Assembly: GCA_003331045.1 (NCBI GenBank)
Contig: QENA01000037.1
Location: 4,218-68,217 of the forward strand
From: Candidatus Tokpelaia sp. JSC189
GTDB lineage: Bacteria > Pseudomonadota > Alphaproteobacteria > Rhizobiales > Rhizobiaceae
Reading direction: 5' to 3'
Length of the DNA: 64,000 bases
Shown: one piece after another, positions 52,301 to 63,341 of the stretch
How the letters are laid out: the number at the start of each line of letters is the position of its first letter
How positions within the stretch are numbered: the stretch's first letter is position 1
Program-made: the position numbers and the translations under genes
The notes under the pieces: generated by a model
What the model was told of the DNA's origin: nothing
The model's database searches: none
The model's input: only the letters and a program-made list of their open reading frames with translations

Positions 52301-54882
52301 CCGATAAAGAAAACGAAGATAAGACGTTTAGCGTCTCCCATAAAAAAACACTGACGCTCAAACGTTCAGGTGTTGAACACAGCACGGTCAAACAGAATTT
52401 CAGCCACGGCCGGGTAAAGGCTGTTGTTGTTGAAACCAAACGCCGCAAGATTGCCCGCCTTGATGAGAAGGTAGAGCTATCGGCACCGCCGGTAACCAAA
52501 CCGCATGTTGCTCCACGCTTAAAGGCACGTAAAGAAAGCCCTCCTCCTACCCCCCCCAAAAAAGTGAGCAACCTTTCCTCAACTGAGATGGAAGCCCGAT
52601 TACGGGCTCTTAAAGAGGCAAATATTCGCTCCGAACAGGAGCGGATACAAATGGAAGAAGAGGCAAAGCACCGTTCCGAAGAAAAGGCCGAGTGTGAAAG
52701 AGAGCGTCAGAAAATACTCAAAGCAGAGACAAAAGGAAATCTGCGCCAAAGAGAAGAACCAAGAAGAAAGCAAAAACAGGTCGAATCCGCAAAAAATACG
52801 CAATTTCCCAAAGAAAAAAAAATAGCTGTTCAAGAGCTGGAAAAGCAGCATATTCCGCCCCAAATAAATCATCGGCGCGGGAAAAATGACGATAAAGAAG
52901 GAAATCACAGTCCTACTCAGCGTCGCAGCAATACGCTTGCCAAACCAGAAGTCCGCATGCCTAAAGCTGTTAAAGGTAGTGAAGAGCGCCGCCGAGGAAA
53001 ACTAACTTTGTCATCAGCTCTGGATGATGACGGCGCTAATTTCCGCGGGCGTTCCATGGCTGCAATGCGCCGCCGGCAAGAAAAATTTAAACGCACGCAG
53101 ATACAGGAAACGCGCGAAAAAATTTCACGTGAAGTGACTATTCCTGAAACAATCACTATTCAGGAACTGGCACAGCGTATGGCCGAGCGTGCTGTTGACG
53201 TTATCAAATTCCTGATGAAACAGGGGCAGATGATGAAGCCAGGGAACATTATCGATGGAGATATGGCGCAGCTTATTGCTGAGGAATTCGGTCACACCGT
53301 CAAACGTGTTGCAGAATCCGATGTGGAGCTGGGCATATTCAATATGCCAGATGACGAGAGCAAAATGCGTCCAAGACCGCCGGTGGTTACCATCATGGGC
53401 CATGTTGACCATGGCAAGACATCGTTACTTGATGCCATCCGCAAAGCCAATGTAGTTTCAGGAGAAGCCGGGGGCATTACCCAGCATATCGGTGCCTATC
53501 AGGTTGAGCAGAATGGGCAAAAGATCACCTTCATCGATACGCCGGGCCATGCTGCCTTCACAGCCATGCGTGCCCGCGGTGCACAAGTCACTGATATTGC
53601 TGTTCTGGTTGTTGCAGCCGATGACAGCATTATGCCTCAAACTATTGAATCGATCAATCATGCCAAGGCAGCGAATGTGCCAATTATTGTTGCCATTAAT
53701 AAGATTGACAAGCCTGCGGCTGCCCCGCAGAAGGTACGGGCAGAACTGCCGCTGCATGAAGTATTTGTTGAAAGTCTAGGTGGCGATGTGCTGGAAGTTG
53801 AGGTTTCAGCCAAAACAGGCAAAAATCTTGACAAACTGCTGGAGACTATTCTACTGCAGGCAGAAATTCTCGATATTAAAGCTGATCCTGAGCGAGCCGT
53901 TGAAGGTGTTGTGATTGAAGCCAAACTTGACCGAGGTCGTGGTTCTGTTGCCACAGTTCTGGTACAGAAGGGTACACTTTATCCAGGTGATATTATTATT
54001 GCCGGTGATGAATGGGGTCGTGTACGCGCATTGATCAACGAACGTGGTGAACATATGAAAGAAGCTGGCCCCTCAACACCGGTTGAAATTCTTGGCATGC
54101 AGGGCCCTCCTCAGGCAGGTGACCGTTTTGCCGTGGTTGCCAATGAAGCCCAAGCCCGTGAAATTTCTGAATATCGCCAGCGTCTTTCCCGTGAAAGAAC
54201 TGTGGCGCGCCAAGCAGGTTCTCGCGGCTCCCTCGAGCAAATGATGAGCCAACTGCAGACTTCAGGCGTCAAGGAATTTCCACTAGTTATCAAAGGTGAT
54301 GTTCAGGGTTCGATTGAAGCTATCAACGCCGCACTTGAGAAACTTGGCAATGATGAAGTGCGTGCCCGTATTGTGCATGCCGGTGCTGGTGGTATTACCG
54401 AAAGCGATATTTCACTTGCCGCAGCATCGAAAGCCACTATTATCGGGTTTAATGTCCGTGCCAACAAACAGGCTCGGGATACAGTTGAAAATCAAGGTAT
54501 CGAAATTCGTTATTATAATATCATTTATGATCTTATTGATGACATTAAGGCAGCCATGTCCGGTATGCTTTCACCTGAACGGCGTGAGACTTTCCTCGGC
54601 AATGCTGAGATTCTTGAAGTATTCAATATTTCAAAAATCGGTAAAGTTGCTGGCTGCCGTATCACTGAAGGCAAGGTTGAGCGCGGTGCAGGTGTACGTC
54701 TTATCCGCGACAATGTTGTTATTCATGAAGGAAAGCTCAAAACACTCAAACGCTTCAAAGATGAAGTTAATGAAGTATCAGCGGGGCAGGAATGTGGTAT
54801 GGCTTTTGAAAATTATCAGGACATACATGGCACTGATATTATTGAAGCTTTCCGTATTGAACATATCAGCCGCACGCTCTAA
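52297..54882 (+). CDS. infB: translation initiation factor IF-2
   Basis: 861-aa ORF with a charged Lys/Glu/Arg/Pro-rich N-terminal region. The GTPase motifs are [17 protein letters not shown] and NKID. Confidence 0.97.
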   Translation: MTDKENEDKTFSVSHKKTLTLKRSGVEHSTVKQNFSHGRVKAVVVETKRRKIARLDEKVELSAPPVTKPHVAPRLKARKESPPPTPPKKVSNLSSTEMEARLRALKEANIRSEQERIQMEEEAKHRSEEKAECERERQKILKAETKGNLRQREEPRRKQKQVESAKNTQFPKEKKIAVQELEKQHIPPQINHRRGKNDDKEGNHSPTQRRSNTLAKPEVRMPKAVKGSEERRRGKLTLSSALDDDGANFRGRSMAAMRRRQEKFKRTQIQETREKISREVTIPETITIQELAQRMAERAVDVIKFLMKQGQMMKPGNIIDGDMAQLIAEEFGHTVKRVAESDVELGIFNMPDDESKMRPRPPVVTIMGHVDHGKTSLLDAIRKANVVSGEAGGITQHIGAYQVEQNGQKITFIDTPGHAAFTAMRARGAQVTDIAVLVVAADDSIMPQTIESINHAKAANVPIIVAINKIDKPAAAPQKVRAELPLHEVFVESLGGDVLEVEVSAKTGKNLDKLLETILLQAEILDIKADPERAVEGVVIEAKLDRGRGSVATVLVQKGTLYPGDIIIAGDEWGRVRALINERGEHMKEAGPSTPVEILGMQGPPQAGDRFAVVANEAQAREISEYRQRLSRERTVARQAGSRGSLEQMMSQLQTSGVKEFPLVIKGDVQGSIEAINAALEKLGNDEVRARIVHAGAGGITESDISLAAASKATIIGFNVRANKQARDTVENQGIEIRYYNIIYDLIDDIKAAMSGMLSPERRETFLGNAEILEVFNISKIGKVAGCRITEGKVERGAGVRLIRDNVVIHEGKLKTLKRFKDEVNEVSAGQECGMAFENYQDIHGTDIIEAFRIEHISRTL

Positions 54883-54979
54883 AAGTTACTGATTAGCGGC
54901 GATAAAATTCCCCGATCTAACGGATTATCATTAGTTAGCGTGGTTGTATGGCGCAAAAACAGGTAAGATATTTGAAATA

Positions 54980-55357
54980 ATGAAACATTCAGAACCTTCG
55001 CGACGGCAGCTGAGAGTCGGCGAGCAGATTCGGCGCGCTGTAGCACAAGTGCTACAGCGCGGAAAAGTACGTGATCCACTTCTGGAAAGTGTCATTTTGT
55101 CCATATCGGTCGTGCACATGTCAGCTGATCTCAAGATTGCCACATGCTTCGTTGCGCCACTAGGTGATGTTAATGGTGATGCGGTTGTTATGGCACTTAA
55201 CCACTATGCCAGATATATCCGCAGTCAAGCTAATCATCACCTACAACAGATGAAATATATGCCAGAATTTCGTTTCCAGCTCGATACAAGTTTTGATAAT
55301 TTTTCTAAGATTGACGCATTGCTTCGTTCTCCCAAGGTCGCGCGTGATCTTGATTAA
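54980..55357 (+). CDS. rbfA: ribosome-binding factor A
   Basis: It contains ...[17 protein letters not shown]... and ...MPEFRFQLD.... Start taken at the internal ATG 54980 of the longer ORF. Confidence 0.9.
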   Translation: MKHSEPSRRQLRVGEQIRRAVAQVLQRGKVRDPLLESVILSISVVHMSADLKIATCFVAPLGDVNGDAVVMALNHYARYIRSQANHHLQQMKYMPEFRFQLDTSFDNFSKIDALLRSPKVARDLD

Positions 55358-55388
55358 TGACGATAATGAAAATAAGGAATAAAACTGC

Positions 55389-56351
55389 ATGGCAAGGCAG
55401 CGCAAAAAAAAAGGGCGAGCTATTTCAGGTTGGGTTATTCTTGACAAGCCAAAAGGACTTGGTTCTACCGAAGCTGTTTCCAAAACGAAATGGCTATATA
55501 ATGCAGAAAAAGCTGGACATGCAGGTACACTTGACCCACTTGCTTCCGGGCTTTTGCCAATTGCCCTTGGGGAAGCAACAAAGACAGTCCCATATGTTAT
55601 GGAAGGCACAAAAATTTACCGCTTTACTGTTGCTTGGGGTGAAGAGCGCTCTACAGATGATCTTGAGGGCGAAATTACCAAAATATCGAGCTATCGGCCG
55701 ACAGAACTAGAAATCAAGGCATTTTTGCCTAAATATACCGGTGTTATTTTACAAGTCCCACCGCAGTTTTCGGCAATCAAAATTGACGGTGTCCGCGCTT
55801 ATGATCTGGCGCGGGGTAGAAAAAAAATTGATATTCCACCACGTGAAGTAAAAATTGATGTATTTGAATTGATTGAAATAACGCTTGAAGGTCATGCCAT
55901 ATTCAAAATTGAATGCGGCAAGGGGACTTATATCCGCTCACTCGCCCGTGACCTGGGACGTGATCTGAGATGTTACGGACATATTACCGATTTGCGCCGC
56001 ATAGAAGTAGCTCCATTTACCGAAAAGGATTTTGTAACTCTTGAGGAATTGAAAGAAGCCTGCCAGCCCTATGCTAAACCGGTACAAGAAAACATAGTAT
56101 TGCCAAAATGGAATTTTTCTAGACTAGATGCTTTGTTGATTGAGACCGGTGCTGCTCTTGAGTGCCTGCCGCAATATCCGATATTAGAAGAGCAGGCAGC
56201 CTGCATCCGCAGTGGCAATCCTATTATTTTACGAGGACCTGATACATCAGCAGAAGCTAATGAAATTTGCGTCAACCATAAAGGCAAGCTGTTGGCGATT
56301 GGCTACATTGAAAAAGGTACCTTCCAACCGAAAAGAGTATTCACTTTATAA
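55389..56351 (+). CDS. truB: tRNA pseudouridine(55) synthase
   Basis: 320-aa ORF with [10 protein letters not shown] and [22 protein letters not shown], which holds the catalytic Asp motif. Confidence 0.95.
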   Translation: MARQRKKKGRAISGWVILDKPKGLGSTEAVSKTKWLYNAEKAGHAGTLDPLASGLLPIALGEATKTVPYVMEGTKIYRFTVAWGEERSTDDLEGEITKISSYRPTELEIKAFLPKYTGVILQVPPQFSAIKIDGVRAYDLARGRKKIDIPPREVKIDVFELIEITLEGHAIFKIECGKGTYIRSLARDLGRDLRCYGHITDLRRIEVAPFTEKDFVTLEELKEACQPYAKPVQENIVLPKWNFSRLDALLIETGAALECLPQYPILEEQAACIRSGNPIILRGPDTSAEANEICVNHKGKLLAIGYIEKGTFQPKRVFTL

Positions 56352-56509
56352 TGATCTTCTTATTTAGACGTTTTTCTGAATTCATGATTTTTTTGTTTTT
56401 TATTAAAAATAATGAGGAAATATTTGTTTTAAGATGACTATCGATGCTCTTGGATCAAACCGCTGATGAATATAACTATTTATCGTGAGAAAACTAAAGG
56501 ATAAAAAGT

Positions 56510-58651
56510 ATGACAGAAGCAAAAGTATCCATCATTGTTCCCTTTTATAATACAGAAAAATATATCGGGATCTGTCTGAAATCACTTACAAAACAAATCT
56601 ATTCAGATATTGAAATTATCTGCATAAATGATGGATCAACAGACAGAAGCAAAGCAATTGTTGAAGAGCTCCAGAAAGAAGACGACCGTATCCATTTGCT
56701 GAATCTTGGCGACAGGTCTGGGCCAGGAATATCCAGAAACCATGGCCTTAAAAAAGCTACTGGCAAATATTTAATGTTTTGCGATAGTGATGATTACTAT
56801 AATCCTGAAATGGTATTAACCATGCTTAATCTCATATTAACCCATGAAGAAATCGACATGGCTATATGTAACTGTACATTGCAGAATACAAATAAAACAA
56901 AGCGTAAGGATCAGATTTATCTTCAAAACAATAGAAACGGTATTTTTGAACTCACTCAATCTCTTAAAAGATCTATCAATATAGTTTTATGGAATAAAAT
57001 TTATAAGACAGATATTTTAAATAAATTCAATATTAAATTTATTGATATAAAATCTCACGAAGATGAAAATTTTATCTTTAAATATCTATCTGTCTCTCGT
57101 AAAATAAATTCTACTAATAAAGCACTTTACAATTATGTATATAGAGATGGATCTCTTTCAGACAAAAAAGTTAAAACAGTAGCCAACGCTATCGAATATC
57201 TGAAATGCATTGAGGATTTTTCCGTTTTTCTCGAAGAAAATTTCTTATGGAATGAAAATAGTCAATACTTTGCAGAAGCGATAATACACTGCGATTATCT
57301 ATTTCAACAGAAAAATTTAAAATACAAAGAAACTCTAATTGCAGGGATTTATTCTCTATCCCAAAAAATTAATACTCAAAAAATCAATAATAAAAAAATC
57401 AGAAAATACATCTTTCAAATTCAAAGAGGCTATATTTCAAATAAACAATTTAACCCTTTTATTAGAATTAACAAGACAGAAAAGAATATTCCGATCATCT
57501 TCGCTTGCGATTATAATTATATAAAATATCTTTCTATCACATTGCAATCTATTATTGAAAATGCATCACAGAATAATATCTATCACATTATAATCCTTGA
57601 TTGTGGTATAGATCAAAATTCTATTAGCATTATTGAGAAACAAATTTCTAGATATGCAAATTTTAAATTGTTGATTATATCAATAAAAGCCTTTTTACAA
57701 GAAAACAAACGATCTTTTAAAGAAAGACATCATTTTACAGCATCTATTTATGGACGATTGATTATTCCTGAAATATGCAATAATTTTGATAAAGCAATAT
57801 ATGTTGATACGGATATGATTTTTAACCGTGATATTGCTGAATTAAGCTTAATTGACCTTAAAGACAATTATATTGCAGCTGTTATTGACAGCAAAATTGA
57901 AATTGAGCGCAGAATTGATCCTTGGTGGGCCAATTATTTTAAAAAAAAGCTCTCTTTAGAAATTAAAAATTCTTATATTAATTCAGGACTTCTTGTCTTC
58001 AATCTTGAAAAATGGAGAAAACTCTCGATTCATAACCAATGCATTGAACTATTAGCAAACTCAAAAGAGTTTATTCTTCCTGATCAAGACGTCATAAACA
58101 TAATTTGTAAAAATAGAATCCACTACCTCGATCAGTCTTGGAATTGCATGCAACATACAATAAATATTTTAAATGATAAAGCAACTATCAGGGCACTTAA
58201 TGAATCGGTTTTTCTAGAAAATCTAATTACTGAGTATAACATAGCATATGATGACCCAAAAACAGTCTTACATTATACATCCAATAAAAAACCATGGAAT
58301 ACCCCGATCATGGAAAATGCTGAAAAATGGTGGCTTTATTGTAAAAAAACAGAATTTTATGAACAAATTCTACTTCAAAATATCTCTGAACAAATACAGA
58401 CTCATCTGATTAACCTCAACAATAATAGCAATCAATTTGAAAGACAAAAAATGGAAACAAGTAATTATACAAAAATGATAAAGAATTATTGCCTTCTTGG
58501 AATTTCCATTCTTAAAATAAAAATAACGGTAGAAAGTAAGAAGTATTATCTTTTTGGTATACGTATTGCAAAAATTGTTAAAAACCTGCATAGAAAAAAG
58601 TACTATATATTTGGTTTAAGAGTCTTTACTCTTAAATTTTGGAAAATTTAG
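56510..58651 (+). CDS. two-domain glycosyltransferase (N-terminal GT2, C-terminal GT8) with repeat-containing basic tail
   Basis: 713-aa ORF. The GT2 signature is VSIIVPFYNTEKYIGICLKSLTKQIYSDIEIICINDGSTD ... FCDSDD. The GT8 signature is IPIIFACDYNYIKYL... DKAIYVDTDMIF (DxD) ... INSGLLVFNLEKWR. Composition is far more AT-rich than the neighbouring genes. Confidence 0.85.
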   Translation: MTEAKVSIIVPFYNTEKYIGICLKSLTKQIYSDIEIICINDGSTDRSKAIVEELQKEDDRIHLLNLGDRSGPGISRNHGLKKATGKYLMFCDSDDYYNPEMVLTMLNLILTHEEIDMAICNCTLQNTNKTKRKDQIYLQNNRNGIFELTQSLKRSINIVLWNKIYKTDILNKFNIKFIDIKSHEDENFIFKYLSVSRKINSTNKALYNYVYRDGSLSDKKVKTVANAIEYLKCIEDFSVFLEENFLWNENSQYFAEAIIHCDYLFQQKNLKYKETLIAGIYSLSQKINTQKINNKKIRKYIFQIQRGYISNKQFNPFIRINKTEKNIPIIFACDYNYIKYLSITLQSIIENASQNNIYHIIILDCGIDQNSISIIEKQISRYANFKLLIISIKAFLQENKRSFKERHHFTASIYGRLIIPEICNNFDKAIYVDTDMIFNRDIAELSLIDLKDNYIAAVIDSKIEIERRIDPWWANYFKKKLSLEIKNSYINSGLLVFNLEKWRKLSIHNQCIELLANSKEFILPDQDVINIICKNRIHYLDQSWNCMQHTINILNDKATIRALNESVFLENLITEYNIAYDDPKTVLHYTSNKKPWNTPIMENAEKWWLYCKKTEFYEQILLQNISEQIQTHLINLNNNSNQFERQKMETSNYTKMIKNYCLLGISILKIKITVESKKYYLFGIRIAKIVKNLHRKKYYIFGLRVFTLKFWKI
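58475..58648 (+). repeat. coding tandem repeat: three copies of a (K)KYYxFG-h-x-h-x-x-h-K-like peptide motif at the glycosyltransferase C-terminus
   Basis: The tail reads NYCLLGISILKIK / KKYYLFGIRIAKIVK / KKYYIFGLRVFTLKF, spaced about 17-18 aa apart. Confidence 0.7.
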
Positions 58652-59216
58652 ACTTAAATATACAATCAGCGCTTTCTGGAAAAATTCATGATCCTATCCG
58701 AGGATATTTTAGATAACCTCAGGCGGTAATTTTAGATACATCTCACCAACCTGAGGTACAGTTTGGCGTTCAATCATCCAATGTATACGTAATAACTTCA
58801 AGTGCAGCTAAGTGAAATCAATATATTATCTCTAATTCCAACCAAAAATTTATTTTCTTTATGTTTAAAGAATAAAAACTACAGAAGTTAAATATCCCTG
58901 AATGCCAACATATTGAGCTTATATCGTCGGACGGTGTATCAACGTCAATTAATTAAAATACTTAAAATCGTTTAACCTAAAAATTCTCAAGAAAGAGATA
59001 CAGTCTTTTATGGGATAAAATAAATACATATGTTACTTTCTATATATTTTTGTGAGAAAAAATGATTTCAAGCCTAGTTTTTGACAATAATTTGTTTTAC
59101 AGATGAAGGTGTTTAATATACACGGGTTTTTATTTTGACGGTCACTCCGCAACCCTTGCTGGACGGCATCCTAGCTGGGGCTTTTTTATTTTTCATCTTT
59201 TGAAAGGAAGCAACCG

Positions 59217-59486
59217 ATGTCGATTACAGCAGAGCGCAAACAGTCCATTATCAAAGAGTTTGCAACAAAAGCAAATGATACCGGTTCTCCGGAAGTGCAA
59301 ATTGCTGTTCTTTCAGAGCGTATTGCCAATCTGACAGATCACTTCAAAACCCATAAAAAAGATAACCATTCTCGCCGTGGCCTTCTGAAGCTTGTCTCCC
59401 AACGTCGCAGCCTTCTTGACTATCTTAAAAAGATTGAGGTAAAACGTTACGAAGCCCTGATTAGTCGTCTGGGGCTGCGCCGTTAA
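59217..59486 (+). CDS. rpsO: 30S ribosomal protein S15
   Basis: 89-aa ORF: [15 protein letters not shown]...[31 protein letters not shown]. Confidence 0.97.
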   Translation: MSITAERKQSIIKEFATKANDTGSPEVQIAVLSERIANLTDHFKTHKKDNHSRRGLLKLVSQRRSLLDYLKKIEVKRYEALISRLGLRR

Positions 59487-59790
59487 AATATTTTCCCGGC
59501 TGTTGCTACGCAGTATTTTGACTGTATGACTCTAGAATAATCGGTTATCCGTGATCGGGATACAAGGCAGCTGATTTTCTGAAGTTTTATAGGTTTGTAT
59601 TATTATTGTCTTCTACTACTGGCAGAGGGAAGACGCTAAGTGGAACCTGCATGGGGCAGGATTGTAAGTTCTTTATTAACAGATCTGGTCATCATGAATT
59701 TGGCTCTATTTCTTAAAAACTGCTTATTGTCTTGTCCGGGTCCCGTTTGTAATGCGGAGATAATTTTTGAAATATGAACAAGGACTTAGA
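59487..59790 (+). promoter_or_regulatory. rpsO-pnp intergenic leader
   Basis: A 304-nt untranslated spacer contains short hairpins, for example GTCTTCT...AGGGAAGAC and CCTGC-ATGGG-GCAGG. By analogy, the E. coli pnp leader is an RNase III/PNPase autoregulatory target. No specific site is defined here. Confidence 0.35.
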
Positions 59791-61986
59791 ATGTTCAATA
59801 CACATAAAGTAGAAATTGAATGGGCAGGCCGTCCGTTTATTCTGGAAACCGGTAAGATCGCACGGCAGGCTGATGGTGCTGTTGTTGCAACTTATGGCGC
59901 AACTATTGTCCTGGCAACCGTCGTCTCAGAAAAAGAACCCAAACTTGGCCAAGATTTTTTTCCTCTCACCGTCAATTACCAAGAGAAAGTCTATGCTGCT
60001 GGTCGTATCCCTGGCGGCTATTTCAAACGGGAGGGACGTCCAAGTGAAAATGAAACCTTGGTTTCACGTCTGATTGACCGGCCGATCCGTCCACTATTTC
60101 CGGAAGGTTATAAAAACGACACACAGGTGATTATCACGGTTATGCAACATGATCTTGAAAATAACCCTGATATTTTATCAATGATTGCTGCTTCAGCAGC
60201 CCTGACTCTTTCCGGTGTCCCTTTCATGGGCCCCATCGCCGGCGCACGCGTCAGCTACATTAAGGACAAATATGTCCTTAATCCTAATATCGATGAAATA
60301 GCTGAATCCAGACTTGATCTTGTTGTTGCTGGTACATCAGATGCTGTGCTCATGGTTGAATCCGAAGCACAAGAACTGACAGAAGAAACCATGCTCGGGG
60401 CAGTTATGTTTGGTCAGCGCGGCTTTCAGCCAGTCATTGATGCAATCATCAAACTTGCAGAAATAGCAGCGAAAGAGCCACGGGAATTCGAACAGAAAGA
60501 TATTTCTAGTCTTGAAAAGAAAATGCTTTCCATTGCAGAAAAAGATCTGCGCAAAGCCTACCAGATCATAGACAAACAAGCTCGCTACTCTGCTATCGAT
60601 GAAGTACAAGACAAGGTCAAAGCGGAATTTCTGCCTGAAGATGAGCAACAGCCGGAATTTACAGAAGAGCAGGTTAATATAGTATTCAAACACTTACAGG
60701 CCAAGATTGTACGCGGAAATATACTTGATACCGGTATCCGCATTGATGGCCGCGATCTCAAAACTATTCGTCCGATTAAAGCACAGGTTGGTCTTTTACC
60801 ACGTACGCATGGTTCTTCTCTTTTCACCCGTGGTGAAACACAGGCGATTGTCGTGGCAACACTTGGCACTGGTGAGGATGAGCAATATGTGGATATGCTT
60901 ACTGGGTTGTTGAAAGAAACCTTCATGCTTCACTACAATTTTCCGCCCTTCTCTGTTGGTGAAATAGGACGTCTTAGCTCACCAGGGCGGCGTGAAATTG
61001 GTCATGGCAAACTTGCATGGCGAGCAATACACCCGGTTCTACCGCCCAAAGAAAGTTTTCCTTATACGATCCGTGTTGTATCGGAGGTTACAGAATCCAA
61101 CGGTTCTTCCTCCATGGCTACTGTTTGCGGCACATCTCTGGCGCTCATGGATGCTGGTGTACCTCTTATACGCCCGGTTGCAGGTATTGCCATGGGACTT
61201 ATTAAGGAAGACAAGCGTTTTGCCGTCCTTTCTGATATTTTGGGTGATGAAGATCATCTTGGTGATATGGATTTCAAAGTTGCTGGTACAGAAAATGGCA
61301 TCACCTCTCTGCAGATGGATATCAAGATCGACGGTATCACAGAAGAAATCATGCAGATTGCTTTACGACAAGCAAAAGATGGCCGTACCCATATCCTAAA
61401 TGAAATGGCCAAGGCTATTTCTAGCTCTCGTGATGATCTGGGCGAATATGCGCCGCGCATTGAAGTCATGACAATTCCGACTGAAAAGATCCGCGATGTT
61501 ATTGGCTCAGGCGGCAAAGTTATCCGCGAAATTGTTGAACAGACAGGCGCAAAGATTAATATCGAGGATGATGGTACGATCAAGATTGCTTCATCAAATA
61601 TAAAAACCATTGAAGCAGCAAAATGCTGGATACACTCGATTGTTGATGAGCCGGAAATCGGAAAAATCTATGAAGGCACTGTTGTCAAAGCAACTGATTT
61701 CGGTGCTTTTGTTAATTTTTTTGGGCCACGGGATGGCCTAGTTCATATTTCACAACTTTCTTCGAAGCGTGTTCCCAAAACCACAGATATCGTGAACGAA
61801 GGCGATCGTGTATGGGTCAAGCTAATGGGCTTTGATGAACGTGGCAAAGTCCGTCTATCGATGAAAGTTGTTGATCAGGAAACAGGTAGGGAAATCAGCG
61901 AAAGAAAGCACAAGGACATAGAAAACTCGCCAGATAATTCTAAAAGGCCTGCCAGGAGACCTTATCACAACAATAAAGAAGATTAA
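59791..61986 (+). CDS. pnp: polyribonucleotide nucleotidyltransferase (PNPase)
   Basis: Start at ATG 59791 ([15 protein letters not shown]...). It has two RNase PH domains, a KH domain ([10 protein letters not shown]) and an S1 domain ([18 protein letters not shown]). Confidence 0.97.
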   Translation: MFNTHKVEIEWAGRPFILETGKIARQADGAVVATYGATIVLATVVSEKEPKLGQDFFPLTVNYQEKVYAAGRIPGGYFKREGRPSENETLVSRLIDRPIRPLFPEGYKNDTQVIITVMQHDLENNPDILSMIAASAALTLSGVPFMGPIAGARVSYIKDKYVLNPNIDEIAESRLDLVVAGTSDAVLMVESEAQELTEETMLGAVMFGQRGFQPVIDAIIKLAEIAAKEPREFEQKDISSLEKKMLSIAEKDLRKAYQIIDKQARYSAIDEVQDKVKAEFLPEDEQQPEFTEEQVNIVFKHLQAKIVRGNILDTGIRIDGRDLKTIRPIKAQVGLLPRTHGSSLFTRGETQAIVVATLGTGEDEQYVDMLTGLLKETFMLHYNFPPFSVGEIGRLSSPGRREIGHGKLAWRAIHPVLPPKESFPYTIRVVSEVTESNGSSSMATVCGTSLALMDAGVPLIRPVAGIAMGLIKEDKRFAVLSDILGDEDHLGDMDFKVAGTENGITSLQMDIKIDGITEEIMQIALRQAKDGRTHILNEMAKAISSSRDDLGEYAPRIEVMTIPTEKIRDVIGSGGKVIREIVEQTGAKINIEDDGTIKIASSNIKTIEAAKCWIHSIVDEPEIGKIYEGTVVKATDFGAFVNFFGPRDGLVHISQLSSKRVPKTTDIVNEGDRVWVKLMGFDERGKVRLSMKVVDQETGREISERKHKDIENSPDNSKRPARRPYHNNKED

Positions 61987-62003
61987 TCATCTTATAAAAA
62001 AGT

Positions 62004-62037
62004 AAAACGCCACCTGCTCTTCGGTGGCGTTTTTTTT
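62004..62037 (+). terminator. rho-independent terminator of pnp
   Basis: ACGCCACC-TGCTCTTC-GGTGGCGT is followed by T7. It begins about 20 nt after the pnp stop. Confidence 0.85.
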
Positions 62038-62457
62038 ATATTGATCTGATTCATTTTTATTGAAAAAATAATCGACATTACAGTCGGTTATACAGTTTCT
62101 CTGCAGGTGACCTTCTTTTACTCAGTAAACATCGCAAGCCCGACAAAAGGTGGTTCGATTGATATTTGTAGGCATAAAACTTTCAGAAGAAGTGTCTTTC
62201 ACAAGCAAAAATTACAAATCATAGCAGTTGAAGATTAACTCTAGCAAGAAATTACACTATACTGACTTCATGTAGCGGTTATGCTCGATGAAAATACAAT
62301 TTTTGCATTTATAGAATCCAAAACTACTATCGTCTTTATTGGTAGAATCTGATATCGGGAAATTTAACAGCTTAAAATGACTTGTTCTCGGAAGTGATAA
62401 AATAGGCTTTTGTTATACACTGAGTATCTATTTTTCTAAGTTAGCCGTGCTTAGCCC

Positions 62458-63276
62458 TCACTCTCCAGGAGCTTCCTCATTCTGTTTTAACTCTTCCAAT
62501 GTTGGGGTTGATAAAATATTATAACCTGAATCAACATAGTGGATTTCGCCTGTCACCCCTGATGACATATCAGATAGAAGATAAAGCGCAGATTTTCCGA
62601 TTTCATTGATATCAACTGTGCGACGCAGCGGCGCATTACGACGCTGATAAGAAAAAATAGCACGTGCTGAACCAATGCCATTTCCTGCCAGAGTACGCAC
62701 AGGACCTGCCGAAATAGCATTGATACGGATTCCTTGTGATCCGCAATCATAAGCAAGATAACGTATCATGGCTTCAAGAGCCGCCTTGGCAATACCCATA
62801 ACATTATAGTTAGGCACCACCCGTACTGATGCTCCATAGGTCAGGGTTAGAATAGAACCGGTTTTCGGCATCAATGCCTGCGCGCGCTGTACTACCTCTG
62901 TAAAGGAATAAGCGGAAATAATCATGGTACGGCTGAAATTATCGCGTGTTGTCACATCAATATAACGGCCTTTCAACTCTGCTTTATCAGAAAAACCAAT
63001 GGCGTGGACAACAAAATCAATCGTTCCCCATTTCTGTTTTAGTTGCTCAAAAACAGCATCTACTGTTTTAATATTTTCTACATCACATGGCAAAAGCAGC
63101 TTTGCCCCCAGTTTGTCAGAAAGCGGTTTAACTCTTTTTCCAAAAGCATCTCCCTGATAGGTAAAAGCAAGCTCTGCCCCTGCTTTTGCCAGTTCACATG
63201 CAATCCCCCAAGCAATCGAATGATTGTTGGCAACTCCCATAATGAGGCCGCGCTTACCTTTCATCAAACCTTTCAT
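62458..63276 (-). CDS. fabI: enoyl-[acyl-carrier-protein] reductase (NADH)
   Basis: It has GKRGLIMGVANNHSIAWGI (nucleotide-binding) and the SDR-type Y...K region. Start placed at ATG 63276, 6 nt after GGAG. Confidence 0.93.
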   Translation of the reverse strand: MKGLMKGKRGLIMGVANNHSIAWGIACELAKAGAELAFTYQGDAFGKRVKPLSDKLGAKLLLPCDVENIKTVDAVFEQLKQKWGTIDFVVHAIGFSDKAELKGRYIDVTTRDNFSRTMIISAYSFTEVVQRAQALMPKTGSILTLTYGASVRVVPNYNVMGIAKAALEAMIRYLAYDCGSQGIRINAISAGPVRTLAGNGIGSARAIFSYQRRNAPLRRTVDINEIGKSALYLLSDMSSGVTGEIHYVDSGYNILSTPTLEELKQNEEAPGE

Positions 63277-63341
63277 TTTCATCTCCGTCGGCCTCAAAGT
63301 ATACCTAAATCCATTCAAGCATATTGGATATGCGATTAAAC

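Noticed and set aside
56379-58692. 10-bp direct repeat AATTCATGAT on both sides of the glycosyltransferase ORF (56379-56388 and 58683-58692)
   Set aside because: In flanks this AT-rich, a single 10-mer match between 158-bp and 565-bp segments is plausibly random. There are no inverted terminal repeats and no mobility gene.
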